NCBI GenBank assembly: GCA_046045965.1
Contig: JBJOKS010000018.1
Location: forward strand, 56,297 to 120,296
DNA length: 64,000 nt
Reading direction: 5' to 3'
DNA from: Cyanobacteriota bacterium
GTDB taxonomy: Bacteria; Cyanobacteriota; Cyanobacteriia; Cyanobacteriales; Nostocaceae
In this document: positions 31,720 through 40,404 of the stretch, piece by piece
How the letters are laid out: every line of letters starts with the position of its first letter
Position numbering within the stretch: position 1 is the stretch's first letter
The notes under the pieces: generated by a model
The model's input: only the letters and a program-made list of their open reading frames with translations
Told to the model about the DNA's origin: nothing
The model's database searches: none
Program-made: the position numbers and the translations under genes

Positions 31720-31843
31720 CAAGATGAATAGCCACCCTGATAAGAAAACAGGCTGAATCACAATTGACGAGTTCAATAGTATTCTGAAAGAATCAATAAC
31801 AGTTTGACTAAAATTTTGCCAAAAGATTTAGAAAGAGGTATCT

Positions 31844-32050
31844 ATGACTATTTGGGTAAATGAGCAAATTGATCCATCGGGAATGATTCATGCTTGCATT
31901 GCTTGTTGTAATGAGAGTCAAGCTCAGGATTGTCATGAGTCCTTCCAACAAAAATTGACTGAACAGCAAAAGGCCACCGGCTGGGTTGCACAGTTACGTA
32001 CAGTAGATTCTTGGGATGAAGTTCCAGTCAATGCTTTAAAACTCAATTGA
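31844..32050 (+). CDS. Small conserved-looking cyanobacterial hypothetical protein
   Basis: GAGG RBS; WVNEQIDP...CIAC...DCH...W..VPVNALKL. Confidence 0.7.
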   Translation: MTIWVNEQIDPSGMIHACIACCNESQAQDCHESFQQKLTEQQKATGWVAQLRTVDSWDEVPVNALKLN

Positions 32051-32161
32051 TTTAGAGTTGGTTGAGAAAACCTCGAATCTGTTGACTCCTTAATTCTGAC
32101 TCCTCCTGACTCCTAACTGCTAATTTCTGAATTCTGACATCAAATCTTGATGATTTTTTAT

Positions 32162-32663
32162 AAGAAAAAAGGCTGAAAACCCTGGAGGTTAAGTTTTTCC
32201 GCCAAGCTCAAAAACTTAACCGTCCTTTAGGCAAGGGATGAAAGCCTAAATTTTGGCGTTTACGCCTCGGTGATTTGTGATATGATCGTCCCAACAGGAA
32301 GGGTAATCAACCTGTATAAAAACCTAACTGCCTAACGGTAATCTGTACCTTGACAATTAAATCTATCCGGTTCTACTGCATTATTCTAGTTTCTTCCTAG
32401 CAGTAGGTAAAAGATTTATAGGAGCTAGACGAATCAGAATTTTGAAACTTTACTTGTTTCATACTCAACAGGACTTGCAGTCATGCAACTACGGTCGGGC
32501 AGACCGAAAGTTAACGCTTGGAAGCCAGTGCGTTGGGCGGGTTTCCCGACTTGAAGCAACTGGTGTGGAGAGTCCCACCTCTGAGTTAGATAACGCAAGG
32601 AGTCTAGTTTAAGTGGTCTCATTGAACCAAGAATCCCCGTGTCTTTAGACCGGAGAGTGTCAA
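32162..32663 (+). mobile_element. Non-autonomous IS200/IS605-family element (no tnpA/tnpB) retaining a TnpB 3'/omegaRNA-like right end
   Basis: Right-end hairpin CCCCGTGTC-TTTA-GACCGGAG and TCAA terminus; TnpB C-terminal relic TTVGQTES at 32488; left-end hairpin remnant CGTCC-TTTA-GGCAAGGG; TTTAT just upstream. The left boundary is approximate. Confidence 0.72.
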
Positions 32664-32707
32664 CATAAGCAAGGAATAAAAAACAAACTTGCAAAAACCG
32701 ATTAAAT

Positions 32708-33268
32708 GTGGTGAACTCTTCCAGTGTTTGTGCTTCCCAGCCAGGCTATCCCATTAATTTTGTTGGCAAAACGGGACAAGCTGTGCAAATTTCTATTCAT
32801 AATCCCAGTCAATATATCTGTGCCAACTGCGAACAGATTTTACCAGATTGGAAACAGCAACAGTTTTTGTGGGTGGTGGTTGTTTTACAACAGTCGAGAT
32901 ATCCACTGGTGGAAATGACTGCGGAAATAGAGGGAGAAAAAGAAAGGTTACGGGAAAAGTTTATGCGGTTTGGTTGTGATGTGGCGTTTAATTTGCGCGA
33001 TCGCGGTTATATCACAGACTTAATTGATCCCCGTACTGGCTATCCTTTACTTTCCCATCCAGGACCAGTTCCCCATGATGATACAGCCGTTGCTAAGGCT
33101 TTACTAGATTATCCAGTAATTAAAAATAAATGCTGTGTACTCGTGCATCCTGAGTGGGGTACTGCTGTTTATCCTAGCGTGTTGCTTTCGGCAGCACCTC
33201 CAGAAATAATTGAATCAGTAACGAAAGCGATCGCTCCTCTGCATGGTTGGATGGAAATTGGTGTTTAA
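32708..33268 (+). CDS. MMADHC/CblD-like protein
   Basis: EKE.L...F, L...GY..D.IDP.TG, CCVL.HP.WGT.VYP. Confidence 0.78.
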   Translation: MVNSSSVCASQPGYPINFVGKTGQAVQISIHNPSQYICANCEQILPDWKQQQFLWVVVVLQQSRYPLVEMTAEIEGEKERLREKFMRFGCDVAFNLRDRGYITDLIDPRTGYPLLSHPGPVPHDDTAVAKALLDYPVIKNKCCVLVHPEWGTAVYPSVLLSAAPPEIIESVTKAIAPLHGWMEIGV

Positions 33269-33327
33269 TTTTGTTGAGGCTGGGTGTGCAACAATGTCTA
33301 TTCTCATCGTCAAAATATGCCGAAATA

Positions 33328-34398
33328 TTAAGTATTTCTCGGACTCCGCAGCTGCTGAGAATTAATTGGACTCAGAATTTGATTTAAACTCCGCAATTGT
33401 TCAGCCGTACCCATACAAATTAGCGTATCTCCTGACATTAAAATAGTATCTCCAGTTGGTCCACCAATGAGATTACCATCACTGCGACGAATAGCTAAAA
33501 CTAATGCACCGGTTTGCGATCGCAATTTCGCTTTTTGTAAACTTTGACCCACAAAAGGACACAAAGCAGGTTCTAGTAAAAATTCTTCCATATATAACTG
33601 ACGATCTGTACCAGAAAGCATCCCATCAACAAAGTCTAAAACCTGGGGTCTGAGTGCAGCAGCAGCCATACGTTTACCACCAGTGATATAAGGGGAAATA
33701 ACGGCATCTGCACCGCCTCGTTGTAACTTTTGTACAGCTTCTTCCGTACTTGCCCTGGCGATCGCCCGAATTTTGGGATTGAGAGTTTTTGCTGATAACA
33801 CAGTATATAAATTTTCCGCATCAGAAGGCAAAGCCGCTACAATACAAAGAGCGCGCTCAACGCCAACCTTCAACAAAGTTTCATCTAAAGTCGCATCACC
33901 CTGATAAGCCGTATAACCTTGTGATTCAGCTTTCTGCACAGATTCAAACTCAGCATCAATCACTACAAAAGATACAGCCTCAGCCCGAAACTCCTGAGCA
34001 ATTTGTCGCCCAGTCCGACTAAAACCACAGATGATATAATGTCCTGATAATGATTCCATTAAACGCCTTTGTTGTCTAAGTCGAATCCCTTCTTGAAAAT
34101 AGCCTTCAATAATAGCTTCTGTAAATCTATTGACAATGTAACCAATATTGATCACACCCATCAAAATCAAAGCAATAGTAAACAACCTTCCCCGACTACC
34201 TAGCGGGTTAGTTTCTCCATATCCGACAGTAGCTAAAGTGATCACAGTCATATAAGCCGCATCTTCCCATGACCAGCCCTCTACCAAACAATACCAAAAA
34301 GTGCCAATTAGAAACACCAAAACCAAGGCTAAAGCCCCGGCCATTAACTCTTGTTGAATCCGCTTAAATTTCTCTTCCAGGGTAGAATACACAGGCAA
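33328..34398 (-). CDS. Potassium channel with TrkA/RCK domains
   Basis: TVGYG selectivity filter; HYIICGFSRTG; TrkA-C. Confidence 0.93.
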   Translation of the reverse strand: MPVYSTLEEKFKRIQQELMAGALALVLVFLIGTFWYCLVEGWSWEDAAYMTVITLATVGYGETNPLGSRGRLFTIALILMGVINIGYIVNRFTEAIIEGYFQEGIRLRQQRRLMESLSGHYIICGFSRTGRQIAQEFRAEAVSFVVIDAEFESVQKAESQGYTAYQGDATLDETLLKVGVERALCIVAALPSDAENLYTVLSAKTLNPKIRAIARASTEEAVQKLQRGGADAVISPYITGGKRMAAAALRPQVLDFVDGMLSGTDRQLYMEEFLLEPALCPFVGQSLQKAKLRSQTGALVLAIRRSDGNLIGGPTGDTILMSGDTLICMGTAEQLRSLNQILSPINSQQLRSPRNT

Positions 34399-34550
34399 TT
34401 AAAAATTAAAAATTAAAAATTAAAAATTAAAAATTGAAAATTGAAACAACGTAAGGACTAAGAACACAGAATTGAGTAGCAATCAGGCTTTTCAAGACTA
34501 ACTTGATAATTTCCTGAAAAACTTGCTCCTCTATATTGCTGATGTCAGCC

Positions 34551-34686
34551 CAATACTGTTCGGTTAAGAGTTTTCGTAGGTTGGGTTGAACAAAGTGAAA
34601 CCCAACAAACCCTTGTAAATGTTGGGTTTCCTATCGTCAACCCAACCTACATCATTATATTTTTTGGGCTTAACCGAAAAGTATTG
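34551..34686. mobile_element. 136-bp MITE with 18-bp TIRs and a 10-bp target-site duplication, carrying an internal REP doublet
   Basis: CAATACTGTTCGGTTAAG / CTTAACCGAAAAGTATTG (17/18); GATGTCAGCC at both 34541-34550 and 34687-34696. Confidence 0.9.
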
Positions 34687-34830
34687 GATGTCAGCCAATA
34701 TTCTGACTCCTGACTCCTGACTCCTGAATTCTTACACAAAAACCTGCTACTTCATACTAGAGGAAATTTTGAAATATTGATGAAAAACTGGTAAATAGAG
34801 TATAGGATAAAAATTTCAGGAGGTGCGGTA

Positions 34831-36099
34831 GTGAGTAGCCAAAGTTTAGTTGAACAGCCGATAATCCCCTCAGACATCAATTCCTTTAATGCAGATAGTT
34901 TTAATCAAGCCGTGATGTCCACCTACGGACGGTTTCCCATTGCTTTAGAACGGGGTGCAGGTTGTCGCGTTTGGGATACCCAAGGTAAGGAATATCTGGA
35001 TTTTGTGGCGGGAATAGCCACTTGTACTTTAGGACACGCCCACCCAGTCATGGTAGAAGCGGTAACACGCCAAATCCAAAAACTGCATCATGTCTCTAAT
35101 TTGTACTATATTCCCGAACAAGGTGAATTAGCTAAATGGATTGTGGATCATTCCTGTGCAGATCGGGTGTTTTTCTGCAATTCTGGTGCTGAAGCCAATG
35201 AAGCTGCAATTAAACTAGCGCGAAAATATGCCCATACTGTCTTAGAGATTGCCCACCCGATCATTTTAACCGCTAATGCCAGTTTTCACGGACGGACTTT
35301 AGCAACTGTCACCGCTACCGGACAACCCAAGTATCAAAAGCACTTTGATCCTTTAGTTCCTGGTTTTCACTATGTCAACTATAACGATATTAGAGCCGTT
35401 GAAGCTGCGGTAACTGAATTAGATGAAGGTAATTATCGCGTCGGTGCGATTTTAATTGAACCCTTGCAAGGAGAAGGCGGGGTACGTCCTGGGGATGTGA
35501 AGTATTTCCAAAGGTTGCGGCAAATTTGCGATGAAATCGGCATTTTATTGATTTTCGATGAAGTGCAAGTAGGAATGGGACGCAGTGGTAAATTATGGGC
35601 TTATGAACATCTGGGTGTAGAACCGGATATTTTCACCAGTGCGAAAGGACTTGGTGGCGGTATTCCCATCGGTGCAATGATGAGTAAGAAATTCTGCGAT
35701 ATTTTTGAACCAGGAGAACACGCTAGTACATTTGGTGGAAATCCTTTTGTTTGTGGTGTGGCTTTAAGTGTTTGCCAAACTTTGGAAAAAGAGAACATTT
35801 TAGAGAATGTCCAAGAACAAGGCGCACATTTACGAGAAGGCTTAAAAATGATTGCTCGCAAATATCCTCAGCATATTTCAGAAGTGCGGGGTTGGGGTTT
35901 AATCAACGGTATGGAAATAAAAGCAGATTCTTCTTTAACTGCGGTTGATGTTGTTAAAGCTGCTATGGATGAAGGTTTATTATTAGTACCAGCAGGTCCC
36001 AAAGTCGTCCGGTTTGTGCCTCCTTTAATTGTCACAGATACAGACATAAATCAAGCCTTGCACATTGTAGAAAAGGCATTGGCTAAAGTTACAGCATAA
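34831..36099 (+). CDS. argD: Acetylornithine aminotransferase
   Basis: YLDFVAGIA, FCNSGAEANE, FHGRT, DEVQVG, SAKGLGGG, HASTFGGNP; AGGAGG RBS. Confidence 0.93.
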   Translation: MSSQSLVEQPIIPSDINSFNADSFNQAVMSTYGRFPIALERGAGCRVWDTQGKEYLDFVAGIATCTLGHAHPVMVEAVTRQIQKLHHVSNLYYIPEQGELAKWIVDHSCADRVFFCNSGAEANEAAIKLARKYAHTVLEIAHPIILTANASFHGRTLATVTATGQPKYQKHFDPLVPGFHYVNYNDIRAVEAAVTELDEGNYRVGAILIEPLQGEGGVRPGDVKYFQRLRQICDEIGILLIFDEVQVGMGRSGKLWAYEHLGVEPDIFTSAKGLGGGIPIGAMMSKKFCDIFEPGEHASTFGGNPFVCGVALSVCQTLEKENILENVQEQGAHLREGLKMIARKYPQHISEVRGWGLINGMEIKADSSLTAVDVVKAAMDEGLLLVPAGPKVVRFVPPLIVTDTDINQALHIVEKALAKVTA

Positions 36100-36223
36100 T
36101 TCAGAATAATTCGTAATTCGTAATTCGTGATTTAAGAATTATCAATTACGAATTTTTTTTGATTCCCATTGGAAATAAAATGCTATAAAATAGATTATAT
36201 CTTGCCATATTATCTAAAAAATT

Positions 36224-36541
36224 ATGACAGAAACAAAATCTACTCATACAGTCCGCACAGGAAGGATATTCCCAGAAATTCAATGGACTCAAGAACAGAA
36301 AAATCAATGGAAATCTGAACGCGAAATATTGTATAAACGCTGCAAAATAATTTTTGAAAAGTTACAAACTGAATTAATGAAAACTCACTATAACTGGTAC
36401 ATAGCAATTGAGCCTAATAGTGGTGAATATTTTATTAATCAGGATGCTGTAGTAGCGGCACAGAAGGCACACGAAAAATACCCAAATATCAAACTACACG
36501 TTTTCAGAATTAATGAAACTGGAGTGTGTGGCAGGATATGA
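36224..36541 (+). CDS. Hypothetical protein (DUF5678-like), translationally coupled to the protease gene
   Basis: Y.WYIAIEP.SGEYF.....A...A..KYP; ATGA overlap with the next gene. Confidence 0.7.
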   Translation: MTETKSTHTVRTGRIFPEIQWTQEQKNQWKSEREILYKRCKIIFEKLQTELMKTHYNWYIAIEPNSGEYFINQDAVVAAQKAHEKYPNIKLHVFRINETGVCGRI

Positions 36542-36900
36542 TTTCGGGTAAATTTGGTGATGAGGATGAATTATTTTTTGAGATAGATTTGATAGCTGCT
36601 AACGGATTAGAACTACCAGTAGAAGCTCTTTTTGATACAGGATTTTCTTGGTGGCTGGCAATTAACAACCAGGACATAGAAGCACTTGGTTGGATATATT
36701 TAGAACAACAAACAATGGTAACAGCCCAGGGTGATGCAGAATTTGAAATCTATTTAGGAAAAGTGCGAATTGACGGACAATATTTTGATATTCCTGTCCA
36801 TGTAGGACAAGGATTACCTGAAATTTTACTCGGTCGTCAGTGGTTGAAAAATAGACGGTTAATGGTAGATATATCGTTGGGTTTATTAACACTGGGATAA
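36538..36900 (+). CDS. Clan AA (retroviral-like) aspartic protease
   Basis: ALFDTGF catalytic motif and ILLGRQWL; ATG at 36538 overlaps the upstream TGA. Confidence 0.85.
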   Translation: MISGKFGDEDELFFEIDLIAANGLELPVEALFDTGFSWWLAINNQDIEALGWIYLEQQTMVTAQGDAEFEIYLGKVRIDGQYFDIPVHVGQGLPEILLGRQWLKNRRLMVDISLGLLTLG

Positions 36901-36979
36901 TACATACTACAAATAAAATAAAAGAGAGACTTTTCAAATACACTAATATTATTCATGATCACATCTGAGATTAATTATC

Positions 36980-38035
36980 ATGAAATGCAATAAAATATTT
37001 AGATTAAGTTCCCTCAGAACTTCCATTCATTTAGACGGATGCAATGTTACCCATTATCAACAACTGCATCAATTCTCTTCTGAAGCAGAAGCAGAAGCTT
37101 TTTTCAATCAAAGTATTCAAGAATTACTCACACACGGTTGGTATGATATCGAATCTAGCCCAGTAGACGAAAATAACAAAGACTTTACTCCAGATGAATT
37201 GTATGGAATGTTCTTAGAATTAAAAAATCAAGTAGATGAATTTGCAAATACAATTATCAAACCTTCTATAGAAATTACGCCATTTTCAACAACAGAAACT
37301 ACCTTATGGCAAAGTAAATTTGGTGGTTTACCTTACTTTCCTAAACATCTGGATTATCCTACAGCCCCAGATGGTACTCCCCTTCATCTTTTAGCACAAA
37401 TCAACTTTTCAGAAACTCCTAAATTAGAAGATTTACCAGAAAAAGGTATACTTCAATTTTACATTGAAGCCGCAGGTCAGACAGCCTATGGAATTGAAGA
37501 ATATCCCCAATTAGCACAAACAACTTTTCGAGTTATTTACTTTCCTGAACCAGATTTAAATATTGATAATCTCCTAGATAATTTCGATTTTTTACCTCCA
37601 GGAATAGGTTTACCATTAGAAGACTGTTTAGGCTTGAATTTCGCTGTTAAATCAACTCCTATGAGTGCATCAGATTATCGGTTTAGAACCTTAGTTAAAA
37701 GCTATTTTCCCATCTTTCAACAAAGTAATCTAACTAAAGCACAGGAAAATTCTTTAGAAGAACTGGTAGATGATTTGATCAATGAGTATGAAGAAAAATA
37801 TGAGGAATTACTAGGAGGACATCGTTTAGGAGGATATCCCGCATTTGTGCAGAATGATGATCGTGAAAATGTAGAGGAAGAGGAAGGTTACGATTTTCTG
37901 TTATTGCAAATGGACTCTGATGATGAGCATTCAATTATGTGGGGAGATGCAGGAATTGGTAACTTTTTTATTCAGCCCTCTGCACTTAAACGGTTGGATT
38001 TTTCTAAGGTTTTGTATACTTATGCTTGTTGTTGA
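36980..38035 (+). CDS. YwqG/DUF1963 family protein with an N-terminal WGR-like segment
   Basis: SKFGG.PY.P, LLAQIN, GILQFY, HRLGGYP.F.Q.D, LLQMDS, WGDAG. Confidence 0.85.
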   Translation: MKCNKIFRLSSLRTSIHLDGCNVTHYQQLHQFSSEAEAEAFFNQSIQELLTHGWYDIESSPVDENNKDFTPDELYGMFLELKNQVDEFANTIIKPSIEITPFSTTETTLWQSKFGGLPYFPKHLDYPTAPDGTPLHLLAQINFSETPKLEDLPEKGILQFYIEAAGQTAYGIEEYPQLAQTTFRVIYFPEPDLNIDNLLDNFDFLPPGIGLPLEDCLGLNFAVKSTPMSASDYRFRTLVKSYFPIFQQSNLTKAQENSLEELVDDLINEYEEKYEELLGGHRLGGYPAFVQNDDRENVEEEEGYDFLLLQMDSDDEHSIMWGDAGIGNFFIQPSALKRLDFSKVLYTYACC

Positions 38036-38058
38036 GAAAAGAGGAGAACAATTTATTT

Positions 38059-39042
38059 ATGTTTGAGAAGAATACAGACTCTTTCAAGAATTTTTTAATA
38101 ATTCTAGGGATTATTTTTTCTATCTTCTTTTTTAGTGTTATCTTGATATTTTCTTTTTCGGATTTTGCGTTTTTAAATCCTAAAGGTTTAGAAATAGAGA
38201 AGAGATTACAGTATGGTATTTCAGCCGTAACAACTACAGGAACAATTTTTGCGGGAATAGCAGTTTTTTTTAATGCTTACCAAGCATCGAGAAGTGCTAA
38301 CGCTGCTAATGAAAATGCCAAAGCTGTATACAAAAATGCACAAGCAGCAGAAGATAAACAAATTACAGAACGTTTTTCTAAAGCGATTGAATTGCTTGGT
38401 AATAAAGAGATTGAAATAAAATTAGGCGGAATTTATGCCCTAGAACAAATTGCTAAAGATTCCCCGGAAAAATATCATTGGACAGTTATGGAAGTCCTCA
38501 CAGCTTTTGTGCGAGAAAATGCACCTTTGAACGAGGAAAAAGATGAAGAGGAAGAAGTAACGGGAATAATGCCAAAAGTTCGGACAGATATTCAAGCTGC
38601 CCTAACCGTTATAGGACGGATTAATTGCGAGAATGAAAAGGAAAATAAGAGTTTAGATTTGAGTTGTATTAATATCCGACGGGCAAACCTTTATGAAGCA
38701 AACTTAGAAAGAGTTAATTTTATATACAGCAAGCTGGATTTAGTATCACTCTCTAAGGCTAAATTGCGATATGTATGTCTCTATGGATCTAGCCTTAAAC
38801 TTGTAAATTTTGAGGCTGCCTATCTACAAGAAGCAAACCTTTCTAGAGCAAACCTTTTTAGAGCAAACCTTTCTAGAGCAAACCTTTCTAGAGCAAATCT
38901 TTATGGAGCAAACTTTTCTGGAGCAGATCTTTCTGGAGTTAAAAATCTAGAACAAGAACAGATTGAAGTTGCAAATGGTGATGAAAAGACTATTTTACCT
39001 GATTATCTTGCTAGACCAAAAAGTTGGACAAAATCTGAGTAA
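38059..39042 (+). CDS. Membrane-anchored pentapeptide repeat protein
   Basis: Two TM helices, ITERFSKAIE.LG...GGIYALE, DIQAALTV.G, ANLSR repeats; GAGGAG RBS. Confidence 0.85.
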   Translation: MFEKNTDSFKNFLIILGIIFSIFFFSVILIFSFSDFAFLNPKGLEIEKRLQYGISAVTTTGTIFAGIAVFFNAYQASRSANAANENAKAVYKNAQAAEDKQITERFSKAIELLGNKEIEIKLGGIYALEQIAKDSPEKYHWTVMEVLTAFVRENAPLNEEKDEEEEVTGIMPKVRTDIQAALTVIGRINCENEKENKSLDLSCINIRRANLYEANLERVNFIYSKLDLVSLSKAKLRYVCLYGSSLKLVNFEAAYLQEANLSRANLFRANLSRANLSRANLYGANFSGADLSGVKNLEQEQIEVANGDEKTILPDYLARPKSWTKSE

Positions 39043-39310
39043 TTAGGTATTTGTGATTACTATTTAATTTTCGCAAAACAAATAATTCAACAGCAATTCA
39101 AATTGGAGTTTTATTTATATAGTGGAATCTAAACAATAGTGGAATCTAAACAACACTCTATGTTTCTCTCTTCCTTTGCGCCTTTGCGTCTTTGCGTGAG
39201 ATAAAAAGATGTAGTTCATTTACCTAAAAATCCCTGTAAGCAGCATTTATTCAACCATCACTAACAATAAAAATAACCGTACCATCTACCAAATAACACA
39301 TGAATAACAC

Positions 39311-39628
39311 ATGACCTGGGTTATGATGTTACCAAAGGCATTAGAAGCGGAATTTTGGCAAGATTTTAAACAATTTGAACAGGAGCAGACTATGGCTTAT
39401 ATTACTACAGGTGAGCGCATTGGCTACGAACGAGGAATAACAGAAGGTAAACAAGAAGGTGAGCAAAATATTGTGGTACGACAACTACAAAAACGGGTAG
39501 GAGAGTTACCCAAAGAAACTAAAACAAAAATTCAAACCCTTTCTCTAAATCAGTTGGAAGAACTTGGCGAAGCATTGCTAGATTTTACCGCTATTGAGGA
39601 TTTATTGAACTGGTTGGAAACGCATTAA
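39311..39628 (+). pseudogene. Isolated C-terminus of an Rpn/DUF4351-type gene; a 78-aa product from ATG 39392 may be expressed
   Basis: WVMMLP..LE..FW, MAYITTGERIG, RQL.KRVG...I..LS..QLEELGEALLDF....DL..WL; no upstream nuclease domain. Confidence 0.72.
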
Positions 39629-39679
39629 CCAGAATAGAAAGTTTACCTTTCATCAATTACTACAGCAAGGTTAAAATAA

Positions 39680-40363
39680 CTATCCTAATTTTTCTACAAA
39701 ATTTTGATGTTCTGAACTTGCTAAACCTTGCTGTAAAATCTCTAATACTTTAGCTAAATTTCCAGATAACAAAGCAGATTTATCTAACCATAAACCAGGG
39801 AAAACTTGAGAACAAAAAACACCTTCAGCATTAGCTTCTAACTTTCGATATTCTCCATCTTTTAAAATAAACCAATCAAATTCACCGTCATAAACTCGCC
39901 AGATTAAATATTCCTGTACTTGATTTCGCCGATATACTTTCAGTTTATCATGGGCATCAATAGCCGCACTACTAGCCGCAATTTCTACAATTAATTCTGG
40001 CGCACCTTCAACATAATCATCTGCACTTATCCGTGACTGTCCGCCGTTTTCAATTCTCAAAAGTGCATCTGGTTGAGGTTCGTTATCTGCATCTAGACGG
40101 ACAGTGGCATTATCACCGAGTTCTACTCCTGGTGTAGCTGATTCATAGAAACCTAACCAAGTCATTATATAAGCATGGGGTTTTCCATGACTTCTAATTC
40201 TTACTGGTGATGCCATATAAACAATTCCTTCAATTAAATCCGCTTTTTTCACATCTGGCATGGTATGATAACGACGTTCAAATTCAGAACGGGTAAGTCT
40301 ATCGCCGTTTTCTAGAGGTGGCATTAATTGTACAGTTTTGATAGTATCTTGAGTCAGTGTCAT
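39680..40363 (-). CDS. Uma2 family (restriction endonuclease-like) protein
   Basis: PPLENGD.L...EF, EPQPD, PELIVEIAASS, K..YRRN.V.EY. Confidence 0.92.
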   Translation of the reverse strand: MTLTQDTIKTVQLMPPLENGDRLTRSEFERRYHTMPDVKKADLIEGIVYMASPVRIRSHGKPHAYIMTWLGFYESATPGVELGDNATVRLDADNEPQPDALLRIENGGQSRISADDYVEGAPELIVEIAASSAAIDAHDKLKVYRRNQVQEYLIWRVYDGEFDWFILKDGEYRKLEANAEGVFCSQVFPGLWLDKSALLSGNLAKVLEILQQGLASSEHQNFVEKLG

Positions 40364-40404
40364 AATTTTTAACCCACTAATTCAACCATTAATTAATTCT
40401 ATTA

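Noticed and set aside
32434..32694. 86-aa minus-strand ORF
   Set aside because: Antisense read-through of the IS right end and the inserted hairpin; no protein motifs
32230..32700. Cobalamin riboswitch upstream of the cblD-like gene, or an IStron group I intron
   Set aside because: No B12-box or GGGAA...GCCACTG core and no recognisable group I P7 motifs; the region is better explained as an IS200/IS605 derivative
38825..38940. 15-bp tandem DNA repeat (GCAAACCTTTCTAGA)
   Set aside because: Simply encodes ANLSR pentapeptide units; not a CRISPR or independent element
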